This document shows, one piece after another, positions 35,266 through 43,137 of a DNA stretch of 64,000 nucleotides. The translations under genes and the position numbers were made by a program. This stretch comes from a virus (taxonomy: Duplodnaviria; Caudoviricetes): positions 7,224 to 71,223 of IMG/VR virus record IMGVR_UViG_3300043255_000003. The stretch is one strand, 5' to 3'. How positions within the stretch are numbered: the stretch's first letter is position 1; the number at the start of each line of letters is the position of its first letter. The notes below the pieces were generated by a model that saw only the letters and a program-made list of their open reading frames with translations, did no database searches and was not told where the DNA came from.

Positions 35266-35305
35266 CGCAAGCGACCAAAACGCAAACGCAGAAAGGAGAA
35301 AGGAA

Positions 35306-35494
35306 ATGTCTATTACTAGCGCAAAAATCCGCGAAGAAAATTCCCGGCTGGTTGTTGACGCTGTCGTTGACGGTGTCGAGCAGAACGGCTGGGTGATTTA
35401 CGAAGGCACCAGCATCGACCATGAACTGGCGGCGCTCGACTACCTGACCAGTGCAGGCGTCAAGCTGGCCGACATCGATCTGGAGGTGAACTGA
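35306..35494 (+). CDS. Hypothetical protein (62 aa)
   Basis: Start MSITSAK after AAAGGAGAAAGGAA. Confidence 0.6.
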   Translation: MSITSAKIREENSRLVVDAVVDGVEQNGWVIYEGTSIDHELAALDYLTSAGVKLADIDLEVN

Positions 35495-35495
35495 A

Positions 35496-35642
35496 ATGGA
35501 AAACTTCACCGTGTTTTATTTCGACGACGACCTCAACAGGCAGATACTTCTGGTCAGTGACACCGACGCCGAGTCGGCTGAACAAAAAGCGATCGATCAG
35601 GGTCTCGATGTTGACTACGTCAAGCAATCGGAGGTGAACTGA
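35496..35642 (+). CDS. Hypothetical protein (48 aa, not in ORF track)
   Basis: MENFTVFYFDDDLNRQILLVSDTDAESAEQKAIDQGLDVDYVKQSEVN, RBS GGAGGT. Confidence 0.6.
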   Translation: MENFTVFYFDDDLNRQILLVSDTDAESAEQKAIDQGLDVDYVKQSEVN

Positions 35643-35643
35643 A

Positions 35644-35931
35644 ATGGACGGTTTAGTTTTCGGATTGATCGACAACGGCGTGCTGATTCTCGGCGCGTAC
35701 ACGGGTCTGGAAATCGATCGGCTGTTCAACGGTCGCGGCGCACTCGGTGCCGTGATCGGTGCAGGCGTCGGCAACACAATCAGCGACGGTCTGGGGGCGG
35801 CACTTGATCCGACTCTCAACGGCGCACTGATCGGCATCATCGCCGGTTGCATCATCCCGCTGTTCGCCATCCCGGTGATCGAGTGGTTCAAGGCCAATCA
35901 GGCCAGCAGAAAGGAGCAAGGACAATCATGA
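35644..35931 (+). CDS. TMEM65-like small multi-pass membrane protein
   Basis: FGLIDNGVLILGA...GAVIGAGVGNTISDGLG parallels TMEM65 FGFxDNxxMIxAG...AAAxGNxxSDxxG. Confidence 0.55.
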   Translation: MDGLVFGLIDNGVLILGAYTGLEIDRLFNGRGALGAVIGAGVGNTISDGLGAALDPTLNGALIGIIAGCIIPLFAIPVIEWFKANQASRKEQGQS

Positions 35932-36986
35932 AACAGACAGCACAATTTGCGCAGGCCACGCCTGCAGTTTTACTTCAGTCTCTTCGAGCATGCGTGCTCG
36001 CAAAACGCCCTGCATTTACTTGGGGCAATCCGGGCATCGGCAAATCAGATCTGCATCGCAGGCTGGCCGATGATCTGGGCCGGGAGATTTTGGACCTGCG
36101 TGCATCGCAGTGGGACGCCGTCGATACTCGCGGCATTCCGCACGTCATCGAACGCGACGGCGAGACGGTCACACGCTGGGCCATCCCGGATATTTTTCCG
36201 ACTGATCCCAACAGCACCACGATCATTTTTCTGGATGAACTGAACAGCGCCGCGCCGAGTGTGCAGGCTGCCTTGTACCAGTTAATTCTGGATCGCAAGC
36301 TGGGCGAATATCATCTCCCGGACGGCGTCGTGATTCTGGCGGCTGGCAATCTCGAAACGGATCGAGCGGTCACGCACCGAATGAGTTCGGCGCTGGCTGA
36401 TCGGTTTTTTCACTTCCAGTTGCTGGTCGATAATTCAGCATGGGAAGCATGGGCGATCGATCGCGACATCCACATCGCGGTGCTGAGTTACCAGCGGTGG
36501 CGTCCGAGTCACCTGCACTCATGGGACCCGAAGTCGCCGAGCAAATCGCAGGCCACACCACGCGGCTGGGAATACGTCAGCGACGTGTTGAAAGTCATCG
36601 AGGCCGAAGGCATCAACGGCGAAGTCGAGGCCACTTTGATCAGCGGCAAACTGGGCGAGGCAGTCGGTGCCGAGTTCATCGGCTTCCTGAAAATTTACCG
36701 CAACCTGCAGGACCCTGACGCGGTGATTCTCGACCCGGAGCAGGCCACCATCAGCGACGACCCGGCTGTCAATTACGCGCTCTGCGGCGCACTGGCCGAG
36801 CGTGCCAGCGACAGCAACATCGACCGCGTGATCCGGTACGCCGAGCGGCTGCGAGATGATCCGAAGGCGGGCGCTGAGTTCATGACTCTGCTGGTCCGAC
36901 AGGCTGCAGCCCGCAAGCCGGAAGTTCAGCAGACTCTGGGCTTCATCAAGTGGGCCACCGCGAACAAGGAGGTGCTGATCGCCTGA
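35928..36986 (+). CDS. MoxR-like AAA+ ATPase
   Basis: Walker A GNPGIGKS, Walker B IIFLDELN, ILAAGN and SALADRF arginine-finger region. Start MKQTAQ at 35928. Confidence 0.88.
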   Translation: MKQTAQFAQATPAVLLQSLRACVLAKRPAFTWGNPGIGKSDLHRRLADDLGREILDLRASQWDAVDTRGIPHVIERDGETVTRWAIPDIFPTDPNSTTIIFLDELNSAAPSVQAALYQLILDRKLGEYHLPDGVVILAAGNLETDRAVTHRMSSALADRFFHFQLLVDNSAWEAWAIDRDIHIAVLSYQRWRPSHLHSWDPKSPSKSQATPRGWEYVSDVLKVIEAEGINGEVEATLISGKLGEAVGAEFIGFLKIYRNLQDPDAVILDPEQATISDDPAVNYALCGALAERASDSNIDRVIRYAERLRDDPKAGAEFMTLLVRQAAARKPEVQQTLGFIKWATANKEVLIA

Positions 36987-37048
36987 GTCGAAACGGGCTT
37001 CGGCCCGTCTGCCGGTGACTGACCGCCCGGCACTGATGAGACAGGTCA
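36982..37048 (+). ncRNA. Type II hammerhead ribozyme HH1
   Basis: GUC-GAAAC-GGGC(uucg)GCCC-GUC^-UGCCGG(11 nt)CCGGCA-CUGAUGA-GAC. All core nucleotides are canonical. Predicted cleavage after C37009. Loop I UGACC can pair with the 3' GGUCA. Confidence 0.92.
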
Positions 37049-37070
37049 CAACGAGAAAGGAGAAAGGAAA

Positions 37071-37961
37071 ATGGAAACCAAACGACAGCAAGAACTGCTG
37101 ATGATTGTTCGGCTTTCGATCCACCAATGGTACCCGCGCAAGTTCGACAAAAAGGCGACGCGGGATCTGGCCAGCTTGCACGGCGTCAGCGCCGACCGAG
37201 CCGGACGGTTCAACAAGATTCTGGTGGATCTGGAATCGATCAAGCCACTGCAGCAACGTCTGCGAAAATTACGCGATGATCATTACGCCATGACTGCCCC
37301 ATGGGCCGACGGTGGCGAGCGCGTGTTGCCAGCAGGTTTGTACTTCGACTACGTCGCGATGGTTCGCGATGCGGAGATCGACATCGCGAGACTGGCCGAC
37401 GATTACGTCATCCAGTACAGCAGCGAAGTCGATCGCGCCCGGACTGAGTTGAACGGACTTTTCAACGAGGCCGACTATCCGCCAGCGAGCGAACTTCGCG
37501 AGCGGTTTGGAGTCGGCACCAAGTTCGAGCCACTGCCGAATCCTGAAGACGTTCGAGTCTGGGGCATCGGCGAAGAGGCAGCCGAAGAGATCCGCGACCA
37601 AGTGATCGCGAGTCAGCAGACCGCCGTCAAAGAGGCGCAGGACAACGTGGTTTCTCAGGTCACTGAGCGAGCACGCGAGTTCATCTCGAAGGTCCGCAAG
37701 TACGACGCACAGGTCAGCGAAGATGTGAAGGGCGCGAGGCTCTACGACAGCGCGCTGACTAACCTGTCCGACGTTGTCGGTTTGGTCCTGCAAGGGCTGA
37801 ACATTACCGGCGATCAGGAACTGCAGAAACTGGCCGAGGATCTGAGCAAAGAGATCCACAGCCTGAACGCAGACAAGCTGAAAAATTCTCAGCCGACTCG
37901 CGAAAAGAAAACCGAGGCGGTCGAGAAAATCATCGGCAAATTTTCAGGAGTGTACGGATGA
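37071..37961 (+). CDS. Conserved phage protein accompanying AAA/vWA (DUF3150-like)
   Basis: 296 aa helical, with YAMTAPWADGGERVLPA and LFNEADYPPASELRERF, between the AAA and vWA genes. Confidence 0.6.
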   Translation: METKRQQELLMIVRLSIHQWYPRKFDKKATRDLASLHGVSADRAGRFNKILVDLESIKPLQQRLRKLRDDHYAMTAPWADGGERVLPAGLYFDYVAMVRDAEIDIARLADDYVIQYSSEVDRARTELNGLFNEADYPPASELRERFGVGTKFEPLPNPEDVRVWGIGEEAAEEIRDQVIASQQTAVKEAQDNVVSQVTERAREFISKVRKYDAQVSEDVKGARLYDSALTNLSDVVGLVLQGLNITGDQELQKLAEDLSKEIHSLNADKLKNSQPTREKKTEAVEKIIGKFSGVYG

Positions 37962-39370
37962 AAAATTCAATCCACGATCTGGCAGTGCAAGCCGAAAAGA
38001 AGTTGCGAAACCAGCGCGCTCAAGTCGTGCAATCGCATCCTTTTTTCGGGGCGCTACTGCTGAAGCAAAAACTGGTCGCGACGACCGACGTGCAGACTCT
38101 GGCCACGAACGGCAAAGAGTTATTTTTCAATCCCGAGTACGTCATCAATCAGCGGCCTGAGTACCTGCAATTTGATTGCGCTCATGAGGCACTGCATCCC
38201 GGACTCGGTCACCACACGCGACGCGGCGGTCGCCGATTCGACTGGTGGAACGAGGCATGCGATCTGGCCATCAACCCGGTGCTGAAAGAGGCCGGGTTTC
38301 ACTTCCCGCCTGATGCGCTGTTTCGAGAGGACCTGATCGGCGAAGGTGCCGAGCACATATTTAAGGTGCTGGAGGGCGAGCGCAGGCCAGACCCTGACGG
38401 CGACGATCAGGACGACAGCCCCGGCGCTGGTGAGGACACGTCCGAGCCACCTCCGCCCCCGCAGCCACTGCCGCCTGAAGAGTCCGACGACCAGTCCGAC
38501 GAATCCGGCGACGAGGGCGACGCAGGCGACGGTGACGAGGGCGACGACGGCGACGGGTCCACTGGCGAAGGCCAGCCGGACGACTCGGCAGAGGGCGACT
38601 CAGGAGGCGAGGGCGACGGGTCTGGCGAAGGCCAGCAGGTGCCCAGCTTCGGCGGTACTGGCGCAGTGCTCGACGCCCCGGTCGAGAGCGAGGCCGAGCG
38701 AGTCGCCGAGGAAAACGACTGGAAGGTCGCCGCGACTCAGGCAGCGAATCTGGCAGCAGCACAACAGGCGGGTGATCTGCCCGGCGCGCTGCAGGCTCAA
38801 CTCGATGCACTGACAAAGCCGAAAGCAAACTGGCGCGAACTGCTCCGACGCTACATGGATCAATTCGCGAAATCAGATTACACATGGTCGAAGGGCAACC
38901 GCCGATTTTTAGGACAGGGCACCTACCTGCCGAGTCTGCAATCGGAGCAGTTGCCGCCGGTACTTTTTGTGATCGATACCTCCGGGTCCATGCCTGCCGA
39001 TGCACTCGAACAGGCAGCCGGTGAACTGCAGTCGATACTCGATGAACTGCAGCCGGAATACATCGATGTGATCTGCCACGACACGCGGGTCCATGGCGAC
39101 GCGCAGCGGTTCGAGCCGGGCGAAGATCTGGACATCGAAATTCGCGGCGGTGGCGGCACGCGGTTCGCACCAACCTGCGACTGGATCGCCGACTCGGACG
39201 AGGACTACGCGGTCGTGATCTGGTTCACTGACCTGTACGTCAACGACTGGGATCGATGCGACGAGCCGGACATCCCGGTGATCTTCATCGACTACGCCAA
39301 CCGCGAGGACGGCGAAGAGGTCGCGCAGTTCGGCGACGAGGTGATCGGATTAGAAGACGACTGGTCATGA
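37958..39370 (+). CDS. DUF2201-type metallopeptidase plus vWA domain protein
   Basis: HPFFGALL, TLATNG..LFFNP, zincin motif AHEALH, an acidic linker, MIDAS VIDTSGSM, GGGT and IWFTD. Confidence 0.88.
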   Translation: MKNSIHDLAVQAEKKLRNQRAQVVQSHPFFGALLLKQKLVATTDVQTLATNGKELFFNPEYVINQRPEYLQFDCAHEALHPGLGHHTRRGGRRFDWWNEACDLAINPVLKEAGFHFPPDALFREDLIGEGAEHIFKVLEGERRPDPDGDDQDDSPGAGEDTSEPPPPPQPLPPEESDDQSDESGDEGDAGDGDEGDDGDGSTGEGQPDDSAEGDSGGEGDGSGEGQQVPSFGGTGAVLDAPVESEAERVAEENDWKVAATQAANLAAAQQAGDLPGALQAQLDALTKPKANWRELLRRYMDQFAKSDYTWSKGNRRFLGQGTYLPSLQSEQLPPVLFVIDTSGSMPADALEQAAGELQSILDELQPEYIDVICHDTRVHGDAQRFEPGEDLDIEIRGGGGTRFAPTCDWIADSDEDYAVVIWFTDLYVNDWDRCDEPDIPVIFIDYANREDGEEVAQFGDEVIGLEDDWS

Positions 39371-39423
39371 GGACCAGCACGCGAAACAGCCACGCGCCGT
39401 TGGCTGGGAAAGGAGAAAGGAAA

Positions 39424-39729
39424 ATGAAAAAAGCACGCACGCTGAAAGACATCGAACAGCATCCGCTGGTCGAGTCTACCCACACCGAGTGGGATGGCTG
39501 CTTCACTGATTCATGGGGCCGCGAAGTTCAGGGCCGCTGGGTGTATCTGCGACGCGGGTACATCACGGATCAGATGGAGTGCGGCACGATTCATGAGCGG
39601 TCGATCAAGGACTGCTGCGAACTGGTGAACAGCGCCAGACGTGTCACCCGCGATGAAGTTATCGCGGCCTACAAGACCGACCTGTCGGTCGAAGAGTTCG
39701 ACGCCATGGAGTGGGTCGAGGGAGCATAG
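39424..39729 (+). CDS. Hypothetical protein
   Basis: Start MKKARTL after the stereotyped RBS, 101 aa. Its stop codon overlaps HH2 stem II. Confidence 0.6.
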   Translation: MKKARTLKDIEQHPLVESTHTEWDGCFTDSWGREVQGRWVYLRRGYITDQMECGTIHERSIKDCCELVNSARRVTRDEVIAAYKTDLSVEEFDAMEWVEGA

Positions 39730-39784
39730 TCGAAACGGGCAGCGGTGCCCGTCGTCGTCAAACAGGCGACCTGATGAGACTTGA
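39728..39784 (+). ncRNA. Type II hammerhead ribozyme HH2
   Basis: AGUC-GAAAC-GGGC(agcggu)GCCC-GUC^-GUCG(ucaaacagg)CGAC-CUGAUGA-GACU. Predicted cleavage after C39753. Confidence 0.93.
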
Positions 39785-39799
39785 AAGGAGAATGGAAAA

Positions 39800-40186
39800 A
39801 TGAGAACGGAAAACAAAAAACTTGATGCAGGATTTTCGCAGGTCGCGATCTGGCCGGGCACGACGCTCGAAGAAAATCAGGTCGATGACTTTGTGAAGTT
39901 CTTCGCGGACGAGGGCTTCCGAATTCAGTATCTGGAAGAGGTCACCACGGCACCTGATCAGAACGGCGGCGAGCCGGTCCCTGACACGGGCGGACGCGTC
40001 GATCAGTTCTTCGCGGTGCATGGGGATGACATCTCGAAGTTCGCCGTCTGGCGGCTTCAGCTTGGCATACGCTGGATCGAGGATGCGATCAGTTCGGTCA
40101 ACGGGTACCAGTCGAACCCCATCTATCCTGAACGTGTTCTGGAGTACGCGTCATGGAGCACGGCGAGCGCCGACGAGGGCCAGTAG
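39800..40186 (+). CDS. Hypothetical protein bracketed by HH2 and HH3
   Basis: 128 aa (DQFFAVHGDDISKFAVWRLQLGIRWIED) with a strong RBS. Confidence 0.7.
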   Translation: MRTENKKLDAGFSQVAIWPGTTLEENQVDDFVKFFADEGFRIQYLEEVTTAPDQNGGEPVPDTGGRVDQFFAVHGDDISKFAVWRLQLGIRWIEDAISSVNGYQSNPIYPERVLEYASWSTASADEGQ

Positions 40187-40239
40187 TCGAAACGCCCTGC
40201 GGGGCGTCGTCGTCAAACAGGCGACCTGATGAGACTTGG
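40185..40239 (+). ncRNA. Type II hammerhead ribozyme HH3
   Basis: AGUC-GAAAC-GCCC(ugcg)GGGC-GUC^-GUCG(ucaaacagg)CGAC-CUGAUGA-GACU. Predicted cleavage after C40208. Stem III covaries with HH1/HH2. Confidence 0.93.
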
Positions 40240-40253
40240 AAAGGAGAATGGAA

Positions 40254-40520
40254 ATGCGAGACAAGACAGTCAAAACTGAAAACGACAAGTGGGTGATCGA
40301 ACTGGAAGACGGCAGCATCGGCGAGTCCGTAACCATCGGTGAGATCGAACGACAGCGCGATAAGGACACGATCACCAACCGACCCTACACCTACTATGTG
40401 GTGACGCTCGGCGGTGGTCACCGTAACGAGTATCTGGGCACTGGTGAGACGCTGACCGAGGCGAAAGAGATCGCCCGCGACAACGTGTACGAGACACTGA
40501 AATCTGCCGGATTCTTTTGA
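40254..40520 (+). CDS. Hypothetical protein
   Basis: Start MRDKTVK after AAGGAG, 88 aa. Confidence 0.6.
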   Translation: MRDKTVKTENDKWVIELEDGSIGESVTIGEIERQRDKDTITNRPYTYYVVTLGGGHRNEYLGTGETLTEAKEIARDNVYETLKSAGFF

Positions 40521-40558
40521 TCCGGGGCTTATAAAAAAACGCCAAAGGAGAAAGGAAA

Positions 40559-41281
40559 ATGAGAGACGAAACAGAAATCAAAGTTGGTGACCGCTACATT
40601 ATATATGGCGGTGGTCGCCGGTTTAGTTCGCAAAGAAATCTGGGCGAGGTGACGAAGCGCGTTGAGGTCGAGAAGGTGACCGCGACGCAGGTGGTGTTGC
40701 CCGGCAGGATTCGATTCCGCAAAGATCGCTACAACGAAGGCGTCCTGAAAACGGGCGGCGGATCTGGGCACATGAGAGCGGTGCCCGCAACCGACGAAAA
40801 CTTGCAGGCCGCACATGAACACGATCAGGAGGTGCGCAGGGCTGTCAAGAAACAAGACCGCGAGGCCAACAGGGCACAGGTCGAGTTCGACGCACGCCAC
40901 GACATACCTGCCGAGTTTACAGACGCGGAAAAAGAACCGCTGCGCCGACTGGGTGAGTTGATCGATTCATCGCAAGAGGATGTTGATCGGACGATCCGGT
41001 CGCTGACAAATAAAAAGCACTGCCACAATCTGGACGATGTTGAACTGGAGTACGAGACGGTGGCCACGGCGACTGGCGCGGCCAACGACCTGAAACGAAA
41101 GTTCACAGACCCGGACGAGGCGCTGGCAACTGAAGAGATCGTCAAGGAGGTTGCGACGGTTTATGCGCGCAACATTCTCAGCCGCATCGGCAACGGTCGC
41201 AACATTGTCGAGTTGCGAGTAGCCAAGCGAGTGCTCGACGCACTGGCCCGGCACTCCACGTTAGAAGTGGAGATCTGGTAA
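40559..41281 (+). CDS. Hypothetical protein
   Basis: 240 aa with the stereotyped RBS. N-terminal beta-barrel-like segment followed by helices. Confidence 0.6.
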   Translation: MRDETEIKVGDRYIIYGGGRRFSSQRNLGEVTKRVEVEKVTATQVVLPGRIRFRKDRYNEGVLKTGGGSGHMRAVPATDENLQAAHEHDQEVRRAVKKQDREANRAQVEFDARHDIPAEFTDAEKEPLRRLGELIDSSQEDVDRTIRSLTNKKHCHNLDDVELEYETVATATGAANDLKRKFTDPDEALATEEIVKEVATVYARNILSRIGNGRNIVELRVAKRVLDALARHSTLEVEIW

Positions 41282-41472
41282 TGCTGACACCAGCCGAAGC
41301 TGCCACGAATATGCTGAAGTCATATTCAAGCTACAAGGTCGCCCGCGAGATGGCCATGTTTCATCAGATGGATCACTGGGAAGATCGCGCAACGACAGGC
41401 AGCTTCGGTTGGAATTACTGGGGCAGTGTACGAATAGAAATTGACCGACTCATTGAGGAAAGGAAGCAATGA
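41281..41472 (+). CDS. Hypothetical protein
   Basis: 63 aa, TAATG coupling. Confidence 0.5.
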   Translation: MLTPAEAATNMLKSYSSYKVAREMAMFHQMDHWEDRATTGSFGWNYWGSVRIEIDRLIEERKQ

Positions 41473-41912
41473 AAACATTTATTAAAAGAGGCGACCGCGT
41501 TGACGGCGGCGACACCTTCAAGTGGACCGAGCGCGGCTACGAATTAGAAGCCTGCCTGACGCTGGACGAGTACGCGTCCTTGGACGACTTCGAGAAGGGC
41601 TGCACCTTCGACCCGGACGACCCGGATCACGGCGTGACCAACAAGAAGGTCCGCGAAGCATTCGACGGCGGCGTCTGGCACTACTACATCGTGAACGTGA
41701 AGGCGACACGTTGTGGACTGGTTCTGGGGCACGACAGCCTGTGCGCCATCGAGGGTAACTTCGACTACGACGGCAAGGACATCGATGACGGCATGGCCAA
41801 GCTGATCGACAACACCTATTTCAACGAGGTCATCGCGGACTGCGCATCGCAGGCGATGGACGAAGCGAAGGCAAAGATTTTTGAACTGCAGGCGAGCCTG
41901 CTGAACTTGTAA
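41469..41912 (+). CDS. Hypothetical acidic protein
   Basis: 147 aa, ATGA coupling, WHYYIVNVKA...LGHDSLCAIE. Confidence 0.6.
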   Translation: MKTFIKRGDRVDGGDTFKWTERGYELEACLTLDEYASLDDFEKGCTFDPDDPDHGVTNKKVREAFDGGVWHYYIVNVKATRCGLVLGHDSLCAIEGNFDYDGKDIDDGMAKLIDNTYFNEVIADCASQAMDEAKAKIFELQASLLNL

Positions 41913-41924
41913 AGGAGAAAGGAA

Positions 41925-42395
41925 ATGAAACCGAAGACATCACCATGGGTCGCTGAACTGCTCGACACATGGCTCAAGGACATCACCGACAACGATGTGC
42001 TCGACCAGTTCATCAAGCAGATTCAGAAGCGCAAGGCGGAACTTTATCGCGAGAGCGAGGCCGCTGCATTCGAGCGGCTGTGGAAGACCTACAAGGATCT
42101 GAAGATCGGCGACGTGGTCTGGACCATCAAGCCGCTGTGCTCCGCGAAGTCGCCCAAGGGCAACCCGTGGAAGTGGCACAAGGCGAAGTTCAACAAGTTC
42201 TTCCCGCGCAAAAAAGCGATGTATCTGCAGGTGCCATGGAAGACAAAGATCAAACAGCACGGCAAGTATTTTATCTACCTGACTCACCATCAGTTGAAAT
42301 CGTATCAACCCAGCCGGACTGAACCGGACGTGCGCGAGCGAAAGCGCAATCGATCCATGGAAACGGCTGAACAAATAAGGAGAGGCAACCTGTGA
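41925..42395 (+). CDS. Hypothetical basic protein
   Basis: 156 aa with the stereotyped RBS. Confidence 0.6.
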   Translation: MKPKTSPWVAELLDTWLKDITDNDVLDQFIKQIQKRKAELYRESEAAAFERLWKTYKDLKIGDVVWTIKPLCSAKSPKGNPWKWHKAKFNKFFPRKKAMYLQVPWKTKIKQHGKYFIYLTHHQLKSYQPSRTEPDVRERKRNRSMETAEQIRRGNL

Positions 42396-42703
42396 AAGAC
42401 CAAACTATAAAACGAGTTGAGCAGACTGTGTTCGACGCTTACCTTGAGAAAGGTCTGGCGCAGACTGTCAACGACATCGCCGCGCAGTCTCAGTTGAGTG
42501 CATCGGCAATCAGGAACGCGCTTCGCTTGACCAAGCGACTGGCCGAGACTACGGTTGAGGTCCCAGTAATGTCGAAGGTCGATGAGGGACGCGTTCACCA
42601 GTGGCGGGAGATCACCGCCTATTACCCGACCCGGCAGTGGTTAGTCGAGTTCATCGCGCAGACGCGCCGTGAAGCAGACCATCGCAGCCAGTACGGTCAT
42701 TGA
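42392..42703 (+). CDS. Hypothetical protein, possible HTH
   Basis: 103 aa with TVNDIAAQSQLSASAIRNAL. GTGA coupling. Confidence 0.5.
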   Translation: MKDQTIKRVEQTVFDAYLEKGLAQTVNDIAAQSQLSASAIRNALRLTKRLAETTVEVPVMSKVDEGRVHQWREITAYYPTRQWLVEFIAQTRREADHRSQYGH

Positions 42704-42717
42704 GAAAGGAGAAAGGA

Positions 42718-43137
42718 ATGGAAACTAAAATTTTTGCAACGTGCGTCGGCATTCTGTTGGTCGCGGCCTACTTCGATATCGCAGAAGGATACGAACTGAC
42801 CGAGACAGAGACAACAGACTGGTGCCAGTTTTACTCGGAACTGGCCGGTGAGTTTCACCAGCTTGCACAGGACAGCGACAGCAAAGACGAGTACGCGATC
42901 ACGGCAGCCGATTACATTCGGCAACTGGACGAGATCGCGAAGGCCAGCGACTGGACCGAAGCGAATCGACTGACGTGGATTCCAGAGTTCAAGGCGCTGG
43001 CAGTGGCGGCATGGGAGTTGCGCACCGACCTGCAGACCGACGAGGTTGAGCAGGTGATACGCAACCAGTGCTTGGAAAATCATTCGCAGAAAGGAGACGA
43101 TGATGGACTACGAGAAATTCAAAACTGGATCGCTTGA
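42718..43137 (+). CDS. Exported / membrane-anchored helical protein
   Basis: METKIFATCVGILLVAAYFDIAEG hydrophobic N-terminus, with the stereotyped RBS. Confidence 0.55.
   Translation: METKIFATCVGILLVAAYFDIAEGYELTETETTDWCQFYSELAGEFHQLAQDSDSKDEYAITAADYIRQLDEIAKASDWTEANRLTWIPEFKALAVAAWELRTDLQTDEVEQVIRNQCLENHSQKGDDDGLREIQNWIA

Noticed and set aside
35263-35276. Early leader hairpin GGTCGCAAGCGACC as a third copy of the late 14-mer
   Set aside because: It shares only GTCGCAAG, has a different loop and stem, and a different distance to the start codon. May be chance.
38361-39173. Long antisense or alternative-frame ORFs in the track (e.g. 38361..39173-, 43984..44694-, 59993..60802+, 3752..4405+)
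   Set aside because: They lie opposite well-supported genes in GC-rich DNA, lack RBSs and motifs, and have shadow-frame composition.
39357-39410. Possible fourth hammerhead after the vWA gene (CTGGTCATGAGGACCAG...GCGAAACAGCCA...TGGCTG)
   Set aside because: It has GAAAC plus a stem III-like hairpin at a stop/RBS junction, but no CUGANGA and no UH after the stem. At most a decayed relic or an ordinary hairpin.
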